A stretch of 64,000 nt of DNA from Octopus sinensis (GCF_006345805.1 NC_043003.1:110298001-110362000), one strand, 5' to 3'; shown: positions 1 to 13,020, counted from the first letter of the stretch. The notes: generated by a model from the letters alone, not told the origin. Made by a program: numbers and translations.

Positions 1-539
1 GTCATATATTGTAGAGGTTTATCAAAATGTAAAGTCACCAAACTATACATATTTTTCTCAGAAAAATTGAGGACGTATCTAATACTCACGTATATTACAG
101 TTTTTCTGTTTTGCATAGAGAATTTTGCAACAATACCATCTGTACTTACATAAAACACAATAATTACGACGTGATAAATTTCGATGTAGAAGCGCCGATA
201 TTCAATATGTACATACGTGAGAAAATGCTTTGGACAATGCTATAAATTTCCAATTGATAAAACATAAACTTAGGTTCAGATCGCAATAATATGTAATCTA
301 AGCAGCGTAATTGGATGCCTTGCACGAAACAAGTTGGATTTAGATATCATAGAATCTATCTTGCAATAAAAAGAATTGGAAGCCTTTTAGCTTTATGTTT
401 GTCGTTATATAACATCGTATTATATATTATAAAGCTTCTTACATTTTACATGATGTTTAAATATTTTCATGAAAGTATTATAAATTCTGCAATATAAATG
501 GCGTTGAGATGAGGTACAACTGCACTAAAAGTGTCCATG

Positions 540-2112
540 CATTTTTAGAAAACACAAATAAGTGATAAGTTTATAAAAGCACAAAATCGTCCCATAGCAG
601 ATTCCAGTAGATTTAGATCTTCAGATAAGACCATTCTATTCTCTGATAATTCTGAAAGTTTTAATAGAGTAAGCAAAAACACATTCGCAGAGATTCTTAA
701 CAACAGCATTACCCTAACATACAGGAGGGATACCCCTCGGATTTATCACAGTATCAACCATGAGGCCATAGATATAGGGTAGAGATACTTGCAAAGAAAG
801 ACGCCTTCACAATGATCAAAGATAATAAACCCAACTTCGTCTCTAACCCCAAATGCAGGCCGATAAACCTTGTGAAATCTAAAATCGGACAGGTTAGCAA
901 ACGGCTTATCAGGTAGATCAGCAACGGCGTTAGAAACGAAACGCCTTTGACATCGTCCTATGGCGTAACACTAACGAGGCCATTACATGATTTGAAACCA
1001 ATAACGGAAGGTGTAGAACTAGATTTACATAAGATTATATAGTGGATTTCTACTCATCTATATCAAGGGAGCTCCTTTCTACGGTACTGGCCTTCACTAG
1101 GGCCTACAATGAAGTAATTCACAAGGACATATGCATTATCATGCATGTCAGAAGGAACCTACTCTTCAGCAAGTGGTCAGCCTGGGCCAAATGAACTTAC
1201 CAGAAGGCTGCTTCGACGTGGCAATGGGAACTTTCGACAATGCTGTCGTGTGTGTCCTTATCGGTTTCTTCATCCTACATGTTGTTAATAATATATTTCC
1301 CTTCAACTAGGTTGGTCTTCTACAGGGATGACGCGCTGGCAATATCAAGAGGAGGAGCAAACGGCCACACTAGGCTTAGAACGGTCACGATAAAAAACGA
1401 CCGGAAAACGCTGGATTTCCTTCATGTGATTCTGGACTTTGAGTTTGGTGACTATAGACCCTTGAGGAAACCAAACGAGAAACTATGATACCTTAAAACA
1501 CGTTTCTGTTACCCAGGCATAGTTTTCAAGAACCTGGTAAAGGGCGCCAGCAGAAGAATCTCAGGCTTATCTTCCAGAAAAAGGATTTGTGATGCTTCCT
1601 TCTCGCACTACAATGAGGCTCCAGCTGCCAGCAATTTCTAGGATAGGATTTGCTATACGCCAGAACCTAACCCCTCCAACAGAGAGCGACATCAGAAAGT
1701 GTTCTGGTTCACACTGCCCTTCTCTTTAAATGTTAAAATCTGAGTAAGTTTTTTCTCAGCTTAGTTGATAAGCACTTCCCCCGTACAAATAGATGCTTAT
1801 GTAGGGTTAACACATGTTCACTGAACGGCCACTGTAACAAAGAGACCGTTGTATATGAGGTAGACATAATAGCCACTGGACTAAATGGGCAAACAAATGT
1901 ACGAAATTATGTAAGAGCAACTGAAGACTCCGCTTTAGCAACCACAAGTCCTCCTTTAACATCCCGGAAAGATGAAACGCCAAAACCCTGGCCAAACACC
2001 TTGGTCTTTGAACGAAAGCATCACCGAGTACAACATAAAGTGGAAGACCCTGGATTAATGTAAACTGTACTTCAATAGAAACAGGAAGTACACGTTATGC
2101 CTGGCTGATAAA
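540..2112 (+). mobile_element. Degenerate Penelope-like retroelement (Naiad-type): RT plus C-terminal Cys-motif/GIY-YIG endonuclease, many stops and frameshifts
   Basis: Manual translation gives LAKKDAFTMIKDNKPNFVSNPKCRPINLVKSKIG (~790-890), FDVAMGTFDNA (~1213-1245), FYRDDALA, DFLHVILD...YRPLRKPN, RCLCRVNTCSLNGHC (~1792-1836), RLRFSNHKSSF and YNIKWK...LCLADK. These match Naiad-type PLE RT/EN motifs as I recall them. The start is approximate; the 3' end is cut off at ~2112. Confidence 0.8.
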
Positions 2113-5100
2113 ATTCCGCACACATCTGCTCGGGCTCGAGTACCGTGCGCCCATTTTGGTCCACCGAAGACCGAATTCTGTCTTTGTTTCCACTTTGCAC
2201 CGCTGTCACTCGAGCCTATCGAGCAGATTTCGTTCCCTCCTTTCTTAGAGTTCACTCCTTAGATCTCACATGACATCCTCCATCTTTAGTGGTGAAAAGC
2301 TGGTCCTGGGTCATTCACCCCACCAGCGCGTCGGTTGCGATTTGTTTCTTAAGCGTTTCTTCTAAATTTCTAGCTAACTTTCCATCTGTTCTGTTTCATG
2401 CTATTGCTATAACCTTACTAAACCAAGCAGATACTAATCCACCCCGTCAATGCTCGCTTAACTGATACTCTAATCTGGTCTCTGTAAGCTTGGTACGCGG
2501 CGAGTGACGCGTTCATCTTCCAGTAGAAGGCCTTTCATGTGATCTGTGTAGCTAACGATTTAAAAAGTGGAAATCCATATTCTCATCTACTGGTCTACAG
2601 TTTACTCTATCTAAATACGACCTTGATGACTAGATGCAGTTCGTCCATCCCCATTGGGCACATTCTGGAAATCCAATCGGAACAAGCCAAACACTTCAAA
2701 ATATCTGCACAGGTTTGCAAAGCTTATTACCTCCCCGTCTTCTAACATCTGTAAATCTGTATTCAACAGCATTATGGGCCTAAAGTTTTTCTATTTCATC
2801 GCTCTCGTTTAGTTTCTTTCTTAACAATGTCAACGCTATTCGACTCATAGAATTCGGAATTCTACCGTTCTATTGCCACTTGCGATATATATTTGCCAAA
2901 AGGCTGTCAACCAAGTTTGTCATGCGAAAGTATCTAAATACGACCTTGATGACTAGATGCTGTTTATCTATCCCCAAAACTGGCACATTTGGGAAATTCA
3001 GTCGGAACACGTCAGAAATCTTGTCAAGACGTTCTCAGAAAACCTCGAGACATCTGAAAAGACACCAGTTGTTCTGCTCCTATTGGAGAATAAAAACCAC
3101 CAGTCTGAAAGCACCACTATCGCTATTGTTCATATCCAGACCTATCAACTTATTGTCTGGGTCCAGGATTGTGGCCCTTATGTTGCGATCATGACCTTTC
3201 CGAAGAAACACATTTCCAGCAACCCCCCCTTTCGATTGACATAGATATAAGTAAATCTCGTATCAAGCGAAAATGGGCATTAATGCTTGTCGATTGGAGA
3301 GTCTGGTCTCAGAGCCGTGACATATTCACTGACATGAAGTCACTGAGATGTGGCCCTGTTTCCAGAACGACACCAGGTCAGGTCATTGTATGTAGTGAGA
3401 AAGAAGGAATAGAGGAAAAGAGCTATTTTTAGTGACTGTGTAATGAAAGTGATAAATGTCCCGTCCCTCTGGTCAGAGGGGAGCGTTTCCACGTGCCGTT
3501 CTTTGTGATATCTTTTGTTAATGCTTTTTCTAAAATTCTCTTCCTCATCCGGGTATTTCATTTTTGTGGTGTTGTATGTGTTTTACGTTATTTGTATTAT
3601 TTTTATTTAAGGTTTGTTGGTGTGATGATATCACTCTGAGTGATGTCTGAGATTGTGTCTGTGTTCCATTAGTGCTTTGTTGGTTTGTAAATGGCAGTAA
3701 CATTTATGAGGTTTTTGTCGTTTTCGATATGTGATCATGATTGTATTTTACGGTGTTTGTACTGTTGACTGTGTCTATGGAAGTGCTAGTTGTGATGGCG
3801 AGGGTAACGTAGTTGTTGTTGAATGTGGTGTTGGTTTGTTGTTCAGAGGTGTCCCCGGTTTTGTGTTGGTGAGATTTGCTCTGTTTTACTATTTTGTTCT
3901 TTTTCTGTTGCCATTCTTCATTGTCAACTTCTCCACTCAATATGTCTAAGGGGTCCCAATCGTGAAGGGGCGGGAATGTCATGATGGTCATTTCTATTTT
4001 GTCTTACGGTTATAGCTTGGGGATTTTCAGTTGTTGATATTTTTGGCTGCGTTTCTTTTATCGTTTTCGTTGCTGCTACTTCCAACGTTTTGTGACATTG
4101 TTGCTGTTGATTTGGTGCCTGCTGAAATCAGTGTTGCACTTACTGTTGTTGCTGTAGCTGCATTCTGTCGTTGTGGTTCTTCGTGATTCCTATTGTATTG
4201 CTGTTGGTATGATACTAGATTTGACAGAATTGGTGGACTTGTTACTTTTATTCTTTTCTTTGTTTTGGGCAAAAAATATTTAGCTGATTTGTGTCACCAC
4301 GTAAGTGACACATCGGTTTTCTGCCCTCAACGACCACATATAGATCAGAGACATCTAGTTGATTGATTAGCTCTGATATCATCTCTAAATGAGTAATTCT
4401 AAGCCTTGACCTGACCTGTTTGTTTCTGAAGCCTTTGTATTTACAGAACGATACCTTCTTTTTTCTATCGAAGGGGACCAATGCCACCAAAGAGCGAATA
4501 GTGAATTCTATGGTAATGTCCCCTATTATGATTTTGAACACTTTCGACCATGGTAGTCAGGTATGAACTTCAATTCTACATTTTTCAGAGTAGGGAATCT
4601 CACCTCTAACTTACCATAATTCCTTGTCTTAGCTACGTGCCTTTAATATTAAAGACAGATTGTAGGCATTTTCTATGTTATTTTGTGTCGCCTGTTCTAA
4701 TTTATGTGTTTTCAAACTAATTGTCCTGTGATAATCATATTTTCCTTTGTCTCTTGCTGAAAGGAGATCGTGATTGTTAAATTAATCTGCCTTCCTTATT
4801 TCGTCAACATGTTTCGCCTGCCTTAATTTGTCCACTGGGAAAGTGATTTCTTCTTGCATTCACTGGACAATATTAACAAAGGCAGCGACGTAGGTGTTGT
4901 CTGTTATGTCTTGCGGCGGAGGAAGAAAACACTGTTGTGCTGGCTGGACAGTATAATATTTTCGTGCAGTTTTCATGTTTGTTGTTCCTGTAGAATTTCT
5001 TGTTGATTTCAAGCTATTTCACATTTGCCTTGATAGTGTTCTTAATTTTGTTGTTGTTACTGTTGTTCTTATTACTATTGCTGTCGTAATTTTGGTGGGC

Positions 5101-5770
5101 ACTAGATGTGGTAGTAATGGTGGTGTTGGTGGTTTGAGCTAACAGTGTATCAAATATTTTCTAAAATGGAACGCATATTTTGAATTTCTGTATTACTACG
5201 TTCTATTCATTTTACATTTAGAACCCAGGAAGAAGGACAATTTGTCGAAATATAGTTCACTCCGTTCCATTCAATAAACATAACCAACCCTATTTTACTC
5301 TTTCACCACAACTTTCTCTCACTCTTGTTTCTTCTTGTTTCTGTTGCACCTGTATTTCAAAGAGCCGGCCTTGTCGCGCGCTGTGTCCCGCTGAATCTCC
5401 CCGAGAACACGTGTCTGTGGAGTGCTCAACCTCTTGCAAGTTCATTTTACAAGCAACACATATGATTATCGTTAACCCCTCCATCCACACCCTACTCGTA
5501 TAAATCCCACCCCACCATAACTATACATTCCAATCCGACACCACCCCACCTCCACATTAACCACTCCCACATGGCCCCACACCCCACTCCTACATACAAA
5601 AGAACCAGGTCTCCCCCAAACCCACTAGTCATCTTCGCATCCCTCACACGCCAACACCACCACACCACAACATGCCACACATCACACACCACACCACCAC
5701 ACGATCACACCACACGACAATACACAACACACACATCACAACACCGCACAGTATCGCACTATTCTCTATA
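2112..5770 (-). mobile_element. Old, rearranged, 3'-truncated Tx1/L1-clade LINE related to the element at 45675: GT-rich 5' region, ORF1 with Zn-knuckle relic, APE, RT fragment and linker
   Basis: Minus-strand peptides align by eye to the young copy: VVVEGRKPMCHLRGDTNQLNIFCP (knuckle, ~4260-4340), SFWKQGH, SETRLSNRQA, ILDPDNKLIGLDMNNSDSGAFRLV, SSRSYLD (twice), KWQ*NGRIP...FRPIMLLNTDL, SVDQNGRTVLEPEQMCAEF (ends ~2112). Confidence 0.85.
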
Positions 5771-6900
5771 TGGATAGAGTATATATTTTGTATTTTTGAT
5801 TTTTGAAATTTTGATTTTGACGCTTGAACTAGTATGTAAACGCGACGATAGATTTGTTTCGCGCTATGCAGATTTCATTCCGTATAGCAAAGTCTTATAT
5901 TTCTACATATACATTAGGAAAAACTTTCGGCTTTGTTTATTTCATGTTATTGTATTGTATAGGATTACCTTGATTTTTAATTTATAGATGATCCAAAATA
6001 GGGTGTTATATTTTTATATGTCTTTCGTATATTTTTTTATCATTGCACTCACCTTTTTTTAAAAAGCAATGTTGTCAAAAATTAGAATTTTGATATAAGT
6101 ATGTGTATAGCCATGGATATGTATTTGTAAGCATGCGTATCTGTGTATGTGTAAGTGAGCGTATGTTTGTGCTTAAGCACACACATACACGACTGTATGT
6201 GTATGTATCCATTCGAACTTGTGTATTTGTATACTTGTCTCCATATATGTCAATAACGCGGTTACACAGATTGTTACATAATTTTTCTTATTTCGTATTT
6301 TTCCCCACCCCTCCTTTTTCTTTTTTTCTTCCCCCTTCTTCGTTCCTTTTTCTCTCTCTTCCTTTCTTTCGTTTTTTTTCCTCTAACTGATACTGATACA
6401 ACTTTACGTCCCCATTACTTAAGCTTTACTCAGTAAATGAGAAACGCTACATCGATGATTTTAACTTGCGTGCGAAATAGATTGCGTGCATATATGTATG
6501 CATGCATTTGTGTGCATATTTTAGATTTATATTTATACGTCTGTATATGTATGGCGTTTGCACACATCCTTCTGTGTATGTTGATATATATATGTACACT
6601 TTAATATAAATATGTATTGCAGTGTAATATTTATAATAAGTTTTAATTTCTATGCATTAATTCTATTTTCTTCATTAACGTCAATATGTATTTTATTCAA
6701 TGTAAGGTTTTTTCCTCGAATTTTATAATTTTTATAATTTGTTATATATATATATACATATATTTTTGAGCTTTTTTTGTTTATCGCTCGAAGATTGGCC
6801 GTTATTTCTAAAGGGCCAATCAAACAAGTCTATTTTTTTTTTAAAGGTGTAGCGTTTGTAAGAGTCTAGATTGAAATGATATATCGGTTCCATTCTAGCA

Positions 6901-6947
6901 AAAACTGTCTGATGAACGGCAACGAGAAATTCGGAGTAACAGATTTT
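6901..6947 (+). ncRNA. Minimal type I hammerhead ribozyme motif, probably the terminus of a PLE or retrozyme-like repeat
   Basis: Stem I CTGT(6905-08)/ACAG(6939-42); core CTGATGA 6909-15; stem II CG/CG closed by a GCAA tetraloop (A10.1-A11.1 mismatch); GAAA 6926-29; short stem III; cleavage triplet GTA 6936-38; AATAAA ~25 nt downstream. Confidence 0.7.
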
Positions 6948-7044
6948 GTTGAATTTTCTGCTGCTTTAAATAAAGCATATTACTCTACCACTGGTATTTG
7001 AGTACTCTTTTTTCCACCTTGTTTCACATTTATGTGTTTACTCC

Positions 7045-7046
<2 letters not shown>

Positions 7047-7112
<66 letters not shown>

Positions 7113-7152
7113 TATATATATATATATATATATATGCATATATATATATATA
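7047..7152. repeat. (TA)n microsatellite
   Basis: Directly visible; source of the YIYI ORFs. Confidence 0.98.
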
Positions 7153-7279
7153 TACATGCATATACATACACCCACACATGCATACATGTGTGTGTATGTA
7201 TGTATGTACAAGGTTGAAACGTAACACACGGGTTGATATGTATAAGGAAAACAGACTAAGTGGAAAATGCTAAATTGAC

Positions 7280-8281
7280 TTTATCATGAAATACATTTTT
7301 AAAAAGTCAGTACCGGTTTCAGGCTTTCCGACGTTTTCAGCTGAGAGGAAAACAAGGAGAACTATTTAATTGAAGATAAAATTAAATGAAATGTATTGTA
7401 AATATTTCCATATTCTTCAAAAAGTTAGGAGATATTCATTTTTTCTGTGTCGATCTCTTTTCCTTTCTGTCGGCTCGGTAGGTAGTAGCAGATCTGAAGA
7501 AATAATGTTTATGGCTACAGAGAAAAGTTTGGTTATGAAGTTTTATCGTTTAAGCAGCATCAGCAGCTGTCAAAGATGGAGAAGAACAAAGAAAAGAAGA
7601 AGAAGAAGAGAAAGAAAACAAGCAGAAAAATAAGAAAATATAAGAAAAGAACAAGAAGAGGAAGAAGAAGAGACAAAGAAAACGACGGGAGTAGTATCAG
7701 GCAATAGTAGAGCTTTTCGTGGATTCCTCTTTAATGGTTAAATGACCTAAAAGGGACCTATTGTGGGTGTGACAGTAGTGGTAGGAACTGCTCTACATGA
7801 ATTCAAGGGTAGCGACTCTTCTTAATATGTTCATTGTTTTTCAATATTTGCGTGGGTATTATTCTAAGACGCTTGTAGTTTCATCTGTGGTGGAAGCATT
7901 CAAAAGAATCATATTTTATCGCAAAATGTAAATCCTCGTCTTTTCTCTTTCTTCTTTGTTTCTCTTCATCTTCTTTGTATCTTCTTCTTCTTCTTCTTCT
8001 TCTTCTTCTTCTTCTTCTCCATTCCCCGGCTGCTGTGCTTAAACAATCAAACTTCAGAATCAAGCATTTCTTTGGTAGTAGCCTTCACAAAATAAAGAGA
8101 GAGAGAAAGAGAGACAGAAAAATGGAATATATCCTACCTATTCGAAGACTATGGAAATATTTACAAACCATTTCATTAATCTTTTCTTCAATTTAATTGT
8201 TGTTCTTGCTTTACTCTTAGTTTAAAAAGTCGAAAACGCTGGAACCGAAACTAAACTTTACAAAATGTATTTCATTGTAAA
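7280..8281. repeat. ~1-kb foldback: two diverged ~350-400 bp copies of one unit in inverted orientation, (GAA)n/(TTC)n tracts inside and hammerhead relics outside
   Basis: ATGAAATACATTTT at 7286 is the reverse complement of AAAATGTATTTCAT at 8262-8275. Similarity continues inward through TTGTAAATATTTCCATA, GTTTAAGCA and ATGGAGAAGAA to the GAA/TTC tracts (7575-7685 vs 7930-8020). Confidence 0.8.
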
Positions 8282-9493
8282 ATTATTCTAACAGTTTCTA
8301 CATTGTCTTATTTTCCTTATATATACATATATACATACACACACCTGTTGCACTTCAGTTAGAATGAGACAAAATGTTGAGGGTTTTACGGCTTTCTGCT
8401 ACCCTGAGATATGTCTCATTTAATCTCACTTAACTGAAAAATTATCTGCTTCATTTTGATGACCTTCAATATCATCTCAAGGTTAAAGTATATTTGTGAT
8501 TGTTGTACGTTCTCAACGCCAAAATAGATAAATGAATTTAGCCAATATAGTTGTTTCATCTCTCTGATTCTGAAGCGGAAATTTCCACTGAAATCTAAGT
8601 TACCAGTTCACGACAGGGAGGGGACGTGGGACCATAAACTTGAAAAAGTAATTTACTATATAAATAGAACGCATTCTATCAACAAAAATGAGGAAACACT
8701 AACAAGAGTGAAACCTACCTCTGTCTCTTCAATTCGTATAGTGATGGAATACTAGTATGTAAAACAAGATTAGACTTTCACAAGAAGCGAAGCTTACCAT
8801 AACAAAAGAATGCCGCTTGGAGAAATTCAGTTTCAGAGAAGAAATAATACGGAACCAGAAGTCAGGAAATGCTGCATGCGTTGGATTCTGTGATTGATGA
8901 TAGAACTAACGATTCTATTCACCACATTAAAACAAATCATGATAGAGAAACTGCGAGAAAGAAAATATCCAAAAAAATGCCGAATCGAAATTGGCAAATG
9001 AGAAAACCAAGAGGGGCAATAATAGCAATAGTCCGCTTTTAAAATTAACAACAACAGACCTACTCAGGCAATGTTAAAGTATATGGGATGCTGCAGTTTC
9101 GTGTCTTAGCAACGATAATTGACCTTCTACGACTAGATGTAATAATAGCTCAACTCTAACAGCAAAATCTATAACTTTTAATGATGTCTTGACCTGTTTA
9201 TTTTCATAAATGTGTATTTGGTTCATTGGTCATCTGTGCTAAGTCATATGCGTATTTAAGGATGATGCAAAATGGTAAGTTATCACTGTTACTTAGCGAG
9301 AACAACCTGCAATATTTCAAGCAACAGTGTTCCTACATGACGTAAATACTTGAAACATTGTCTTCATGTAAGGCAAATTGATAGTATTTAGAATCTGCAT
9401 TGAAATAATAAACTGCTTAAGAATGTTCATTTGTGTCTCACAATGAAATGCGTGAGTGTTAGTTCTGATTCTGATTTCAAACAATCTACATAA

Positions 9494-9914
9494 AGGCGTA
9501 GGAGTGGCTGTGTGGCAAGTAGCTTGCTTACGAACCACATGGTTCCGGGTTCAGTTCCACTGCGTGGCACCTTGGGTAGGTGTCTTCTACTATAGCCTCG
9601 GGCCGACCAAAGTCTTGTGAGTGGATTTAGTAGACGGAAACTGAAAAGAAGCCTGTCGAATATATGTATATATATGTGTATGTGTGTGCGTGTTTGTGTG
9701 TCTGTATTTGTCCCCCGAACATCGCTTGACAACCGATGCTGGTGTGTTTACGTCTCCGTAACTTAGCGGTTCGGCCAAAAAGAGACCGGTAAAATAAGTA
9801 CTAGGCTTACAAAGCATAAGTCCTGGGGTAGATTTGATTGACTAAAGGCGGTGCTCCAGCATGGCCACAGTCACATGACTGAAACAAGTAAAAGAGTAAC
9901 AGAGTAAAGAGTAT
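9494..9914 (+). mobile_element. tRNA-derived SINE, family A (full length)
   Basis: Head GGAGTGGCTGTGTGG (A box) ... GGTTCAGTTCC (B box), CORE-like CCTTGGGTAGGTGTCTT, internal TA/TG tract, tail CCAGCATGGCCACAGTC...GAAACAAGTAAAAGAGTA; homologous to 12613-13020. Confidence 0.9.
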
Positions 9915-10164
9915 AGGAAAATGTGTGTGCTGCAGTGGAGTTGTTGTGGAACTATGAGGTCCGATTCCATACAATTTCTTTTTCTGAGGATTGCTTCTAA
10001 TTGATTTCTGATACTTTGTAGAGGCTTCCACTTAAAATACCATCTTGACATATAAATGTATACACGGTCAAATTTTAAATCAGATTTCATATTAAAATGC
10101 CTTTCTTCACTAAATCAAGTTACATTTCATCAAATTCTAATTGGAACATATCTCTAAATTAAAC

Positions 10165-10342
10165 GAGCAGAACGCCAGTCCATTGCAGGGTTACTTATTG
10201 TTACCAAGTGAGTAGAGTGGAACAACGTGAAATGATGTGCATTGCTCAAGGACAAAACCCACATCGATCAGTCCAGGAATCGACAGCATAATCGAATGAT
10301 AATGTCTGCAATTCCTTAGTCACTAGGATACGGACACCCGCA
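10165..10342 (-). mobile_element. Degenerate tRNA-derived CORE-type SINE 5' part
   Basis: Minus strand reads TAGTGACTAAGG (A-box like) ... GTCGATTCCTGG (B-box like) ... GTCCTTGAGCAATGCAC...TTCACGTTGTTCCACTC (CORE-like). Confidence 0.6.
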
Positions 10343-12612
10343 TTATATATGCGTGAGAGAGAGAGAGAGAGGGAGAGAGTGGGAGGGAAGAGGGAGATTG
10401 TGTGTGTGTATAGGTATGTATGTATGTACATGAAATGTCGACTTTATAAAATGAATATCGCATACAACCATCAAAATAGAGCCAATACTGAAAATATGAA
10501 TTCTGTTAAAGCTGTCCCTTGTCCGATCGTTGATACGTATTGGAAAACAAATTAAATCTATATTTATAAAATATAGGTAAAGGTCAACTATTGGTTTTTG
10601 AAATGTAGGTCAGCGGATAATTTCCATAGTTTGTACTTAAGAATACACAATAGTAACACGTTGTATTAATGAAAGCGATAAAAGAAATTATTTATAACAT
10701 TGAGAGAAAACCGTTTTGTAAATGTAGATTTACGTCCTTCAGTAACGATTCAGATTCTCCAGTTTCTCAAAGTTTATACGTAGTGGAGGTGAATATTATT
10801 GTGCAAATTAGATAGGTAGCTGAAATGAATACTGGAATTTGATATGGAAAATTAATGAATATTTATTATTTGGAATATCAGGTTTAGTTACACTAAGCTC
10901 CTTTTATAAATGTAGACCGAACCATTCCTTCCAGTACAATATTTTCTGTTTTATTGCTATGTATTTCAGGCTGCTGTGGTTCATTTAATGAATAGGTGAC
11001 ATGAATTCCTTCAGCCAGTTATATATTGTTACAGCAGTTATGACGTATCTCTGTCGATCAGAAATTTTAGTCATCTTGAATTATTCACGTAGTAGGCAAT
11101 TTCATTAGATATCTGATTCACCGTGGTGTGGATGACGTCCTCCTTTTCTGTCTTCTCTCCGACGGGGATTTAAATTAAAATTTATTTTCGTAGTTATTCA
11201 TGTGATTCATGACGAAATTTTATACAGGATTTGCATCCAGGTGGTGTCAGTCCTATTTGAAGTTTGTCTTTAAATACATAGTTATATAGAAACAGTGTGG
11301 TATGATGAATTATGCAAATCGTTTCTGAAACAGAGACGTCATAGACCATATACCCCTTTTGTAGGCATCCGAAATGAAGACACCTCTTGACGGTTGGTCA
11401 TTAAGCAAATCAGTAAATATTAACAAATAATTTATTTTTAAGGGTGAAATCTATAGTCCGAACGTCTATAATATCAATGTATCATTTTACCCGCTAGCAA
11501 TTCTCTATCTGTTATTCGTCCCCTGTCGATATATACAAACTAAGGAGGAAGTGCACAATAATTTTAGATATTTAAAGAAATTATCAATGTTTTAACTTCG
11601 AAATAAAAAAAAAATTAAATCATTTGGTTTACTATTTACATGTGTTGACAGTTCTGCACTCATTAGTTCTGATGTTGAATTTGAATGTATGCACCTCGTC
11701 ATTAAAAGCAGACCGTAAATCAGCTTTATTTATTTTGTGATACTGATGATAATGACAATGCAACATGACAAAAGATTACTAAATGGTTAGTATCATAATA
11801 CTACTTTCTATTCTGTATTCTTAAAAGTTGAATATATAATCCTACGGTTATTATATAGTGAAATATATATTAGAACTGCAAGAGTACAGGCTTTCAGTTA
11901 TGTATATTTTGTTTATCACAAACGGTTCACAGCCAAAATTACTGACAGCTGCATACTGAGTAAAAATTATAAGAATTAATAAAACTAAACAGGTATTACC
12001 CGCTCATAATTTCTGATTTCGAATTGCATAGAAATATTATAGAGAAATTGTCGCAGAAGTACGCATATCTATAATGTGTGCGTTAAATTTTGGTGCTGAT
12101 ATCACATTTCACGGAGGGGCGTCGCCTGGTTGATAAACTCTCGTTACTCTACGACTTTGCAAGTCATTACGCATCCTACTACGGTTTAATGAGCGTTTAA
12201 CTGCACTAAATGTATTAGTGCAGTCACCTTACATGCCTAATCATTTGTGCAAAATAGAAGGGGTGTTAATGACTTTGTTAAAGAAATAGAAGGAAAATAT
12301 TTGATTCATAAACTCGAGAAATTTTCATAGCTACATAGGTGCATTACTCTAATGGGCTCGTTAAATGTTAAAGCTGATATCAAATTATACCTTGGAAGTT
12401 ATTGGAAGGGCGTCGCCTGGTTGATCAAAAGATCCACATTCACCGGTTAATTCCACAATATGCTTGTTCTTTGAGATGTTTCTTTTTTAATATTAATGGA
12501 ATAAGCGAATTAATATTCTTAGAAGCAATATAGCACACAGCAACACATCAATCATAATTAATATTTGCAGTTTGTGTGTTACAATGTTCTTATACAAGAA
12601 AAATATTTATAA

Positions 12613-13020
12613 AGCATGAGGAAGAGTGGCTGTGCGGTAAGTGGCTTGCTTACAGACAGCATGGTTCTGGGTTCAATCCCACTGCATGTCACCTTGAGCA
12701 AGTGTCTTCTACTATAGCCTCGGGCCGACCAAAGACTTGTGAGTGGATTTGGTAGACGGAAACTGAAAGAAGCCAGTCATATATTTGTATATATATATAT
12801 ATATGTATTATGTTTGTGTGTCTGTGTTTCTCTCGCCCAGCATCGCTTGGCGACCAATGCTGGTGTGTTTACGTCCCCGTAATTTAGCGATTCGGCAAAA
12901 GTGTCCAGTAGAATAAGTACTAGGCTTACAAAGAATAAGTCCCGGGGTCGATTTGCTTGACTAAAGCGGTGCTCCAGCATGGCCGCAGTCAAATGACTGA
13001 AACAAGTAAAAGAAAAATAA
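12613..13020 (+). mobile_element. tRNA-derived SINE, family A (second full-length copy)
   Basis: Colinear with 9494-9914, sharing CTACTATAGCCTCGGGCCGACCAAAG and GACTGAAACAAGTAAAAGA. Confidence 0.9.

Noticed and set aside
1790-1840. Selenocysteine (UGA-for-Cys) recoding, reported for some Naiads
   Set aside because: The Cys motif here and at ~62740-62765 uses ordinary TGT/TGC codons; no SECIS recognised.
6980-7273. YIYI, LSIY, THTH, poly-Leu/Ile/Asn ORFs here and at 18.2k, 28.7k, 33k, 37-41k, 43.8k, 53.5-54.7k and 61k
   Set aside because: They are translations of microsatellites, not genes.
11020-11410. Possible LINE 3' fragment on the minus strand
   Set aside because: Only vague similarity; no motif I can defend.
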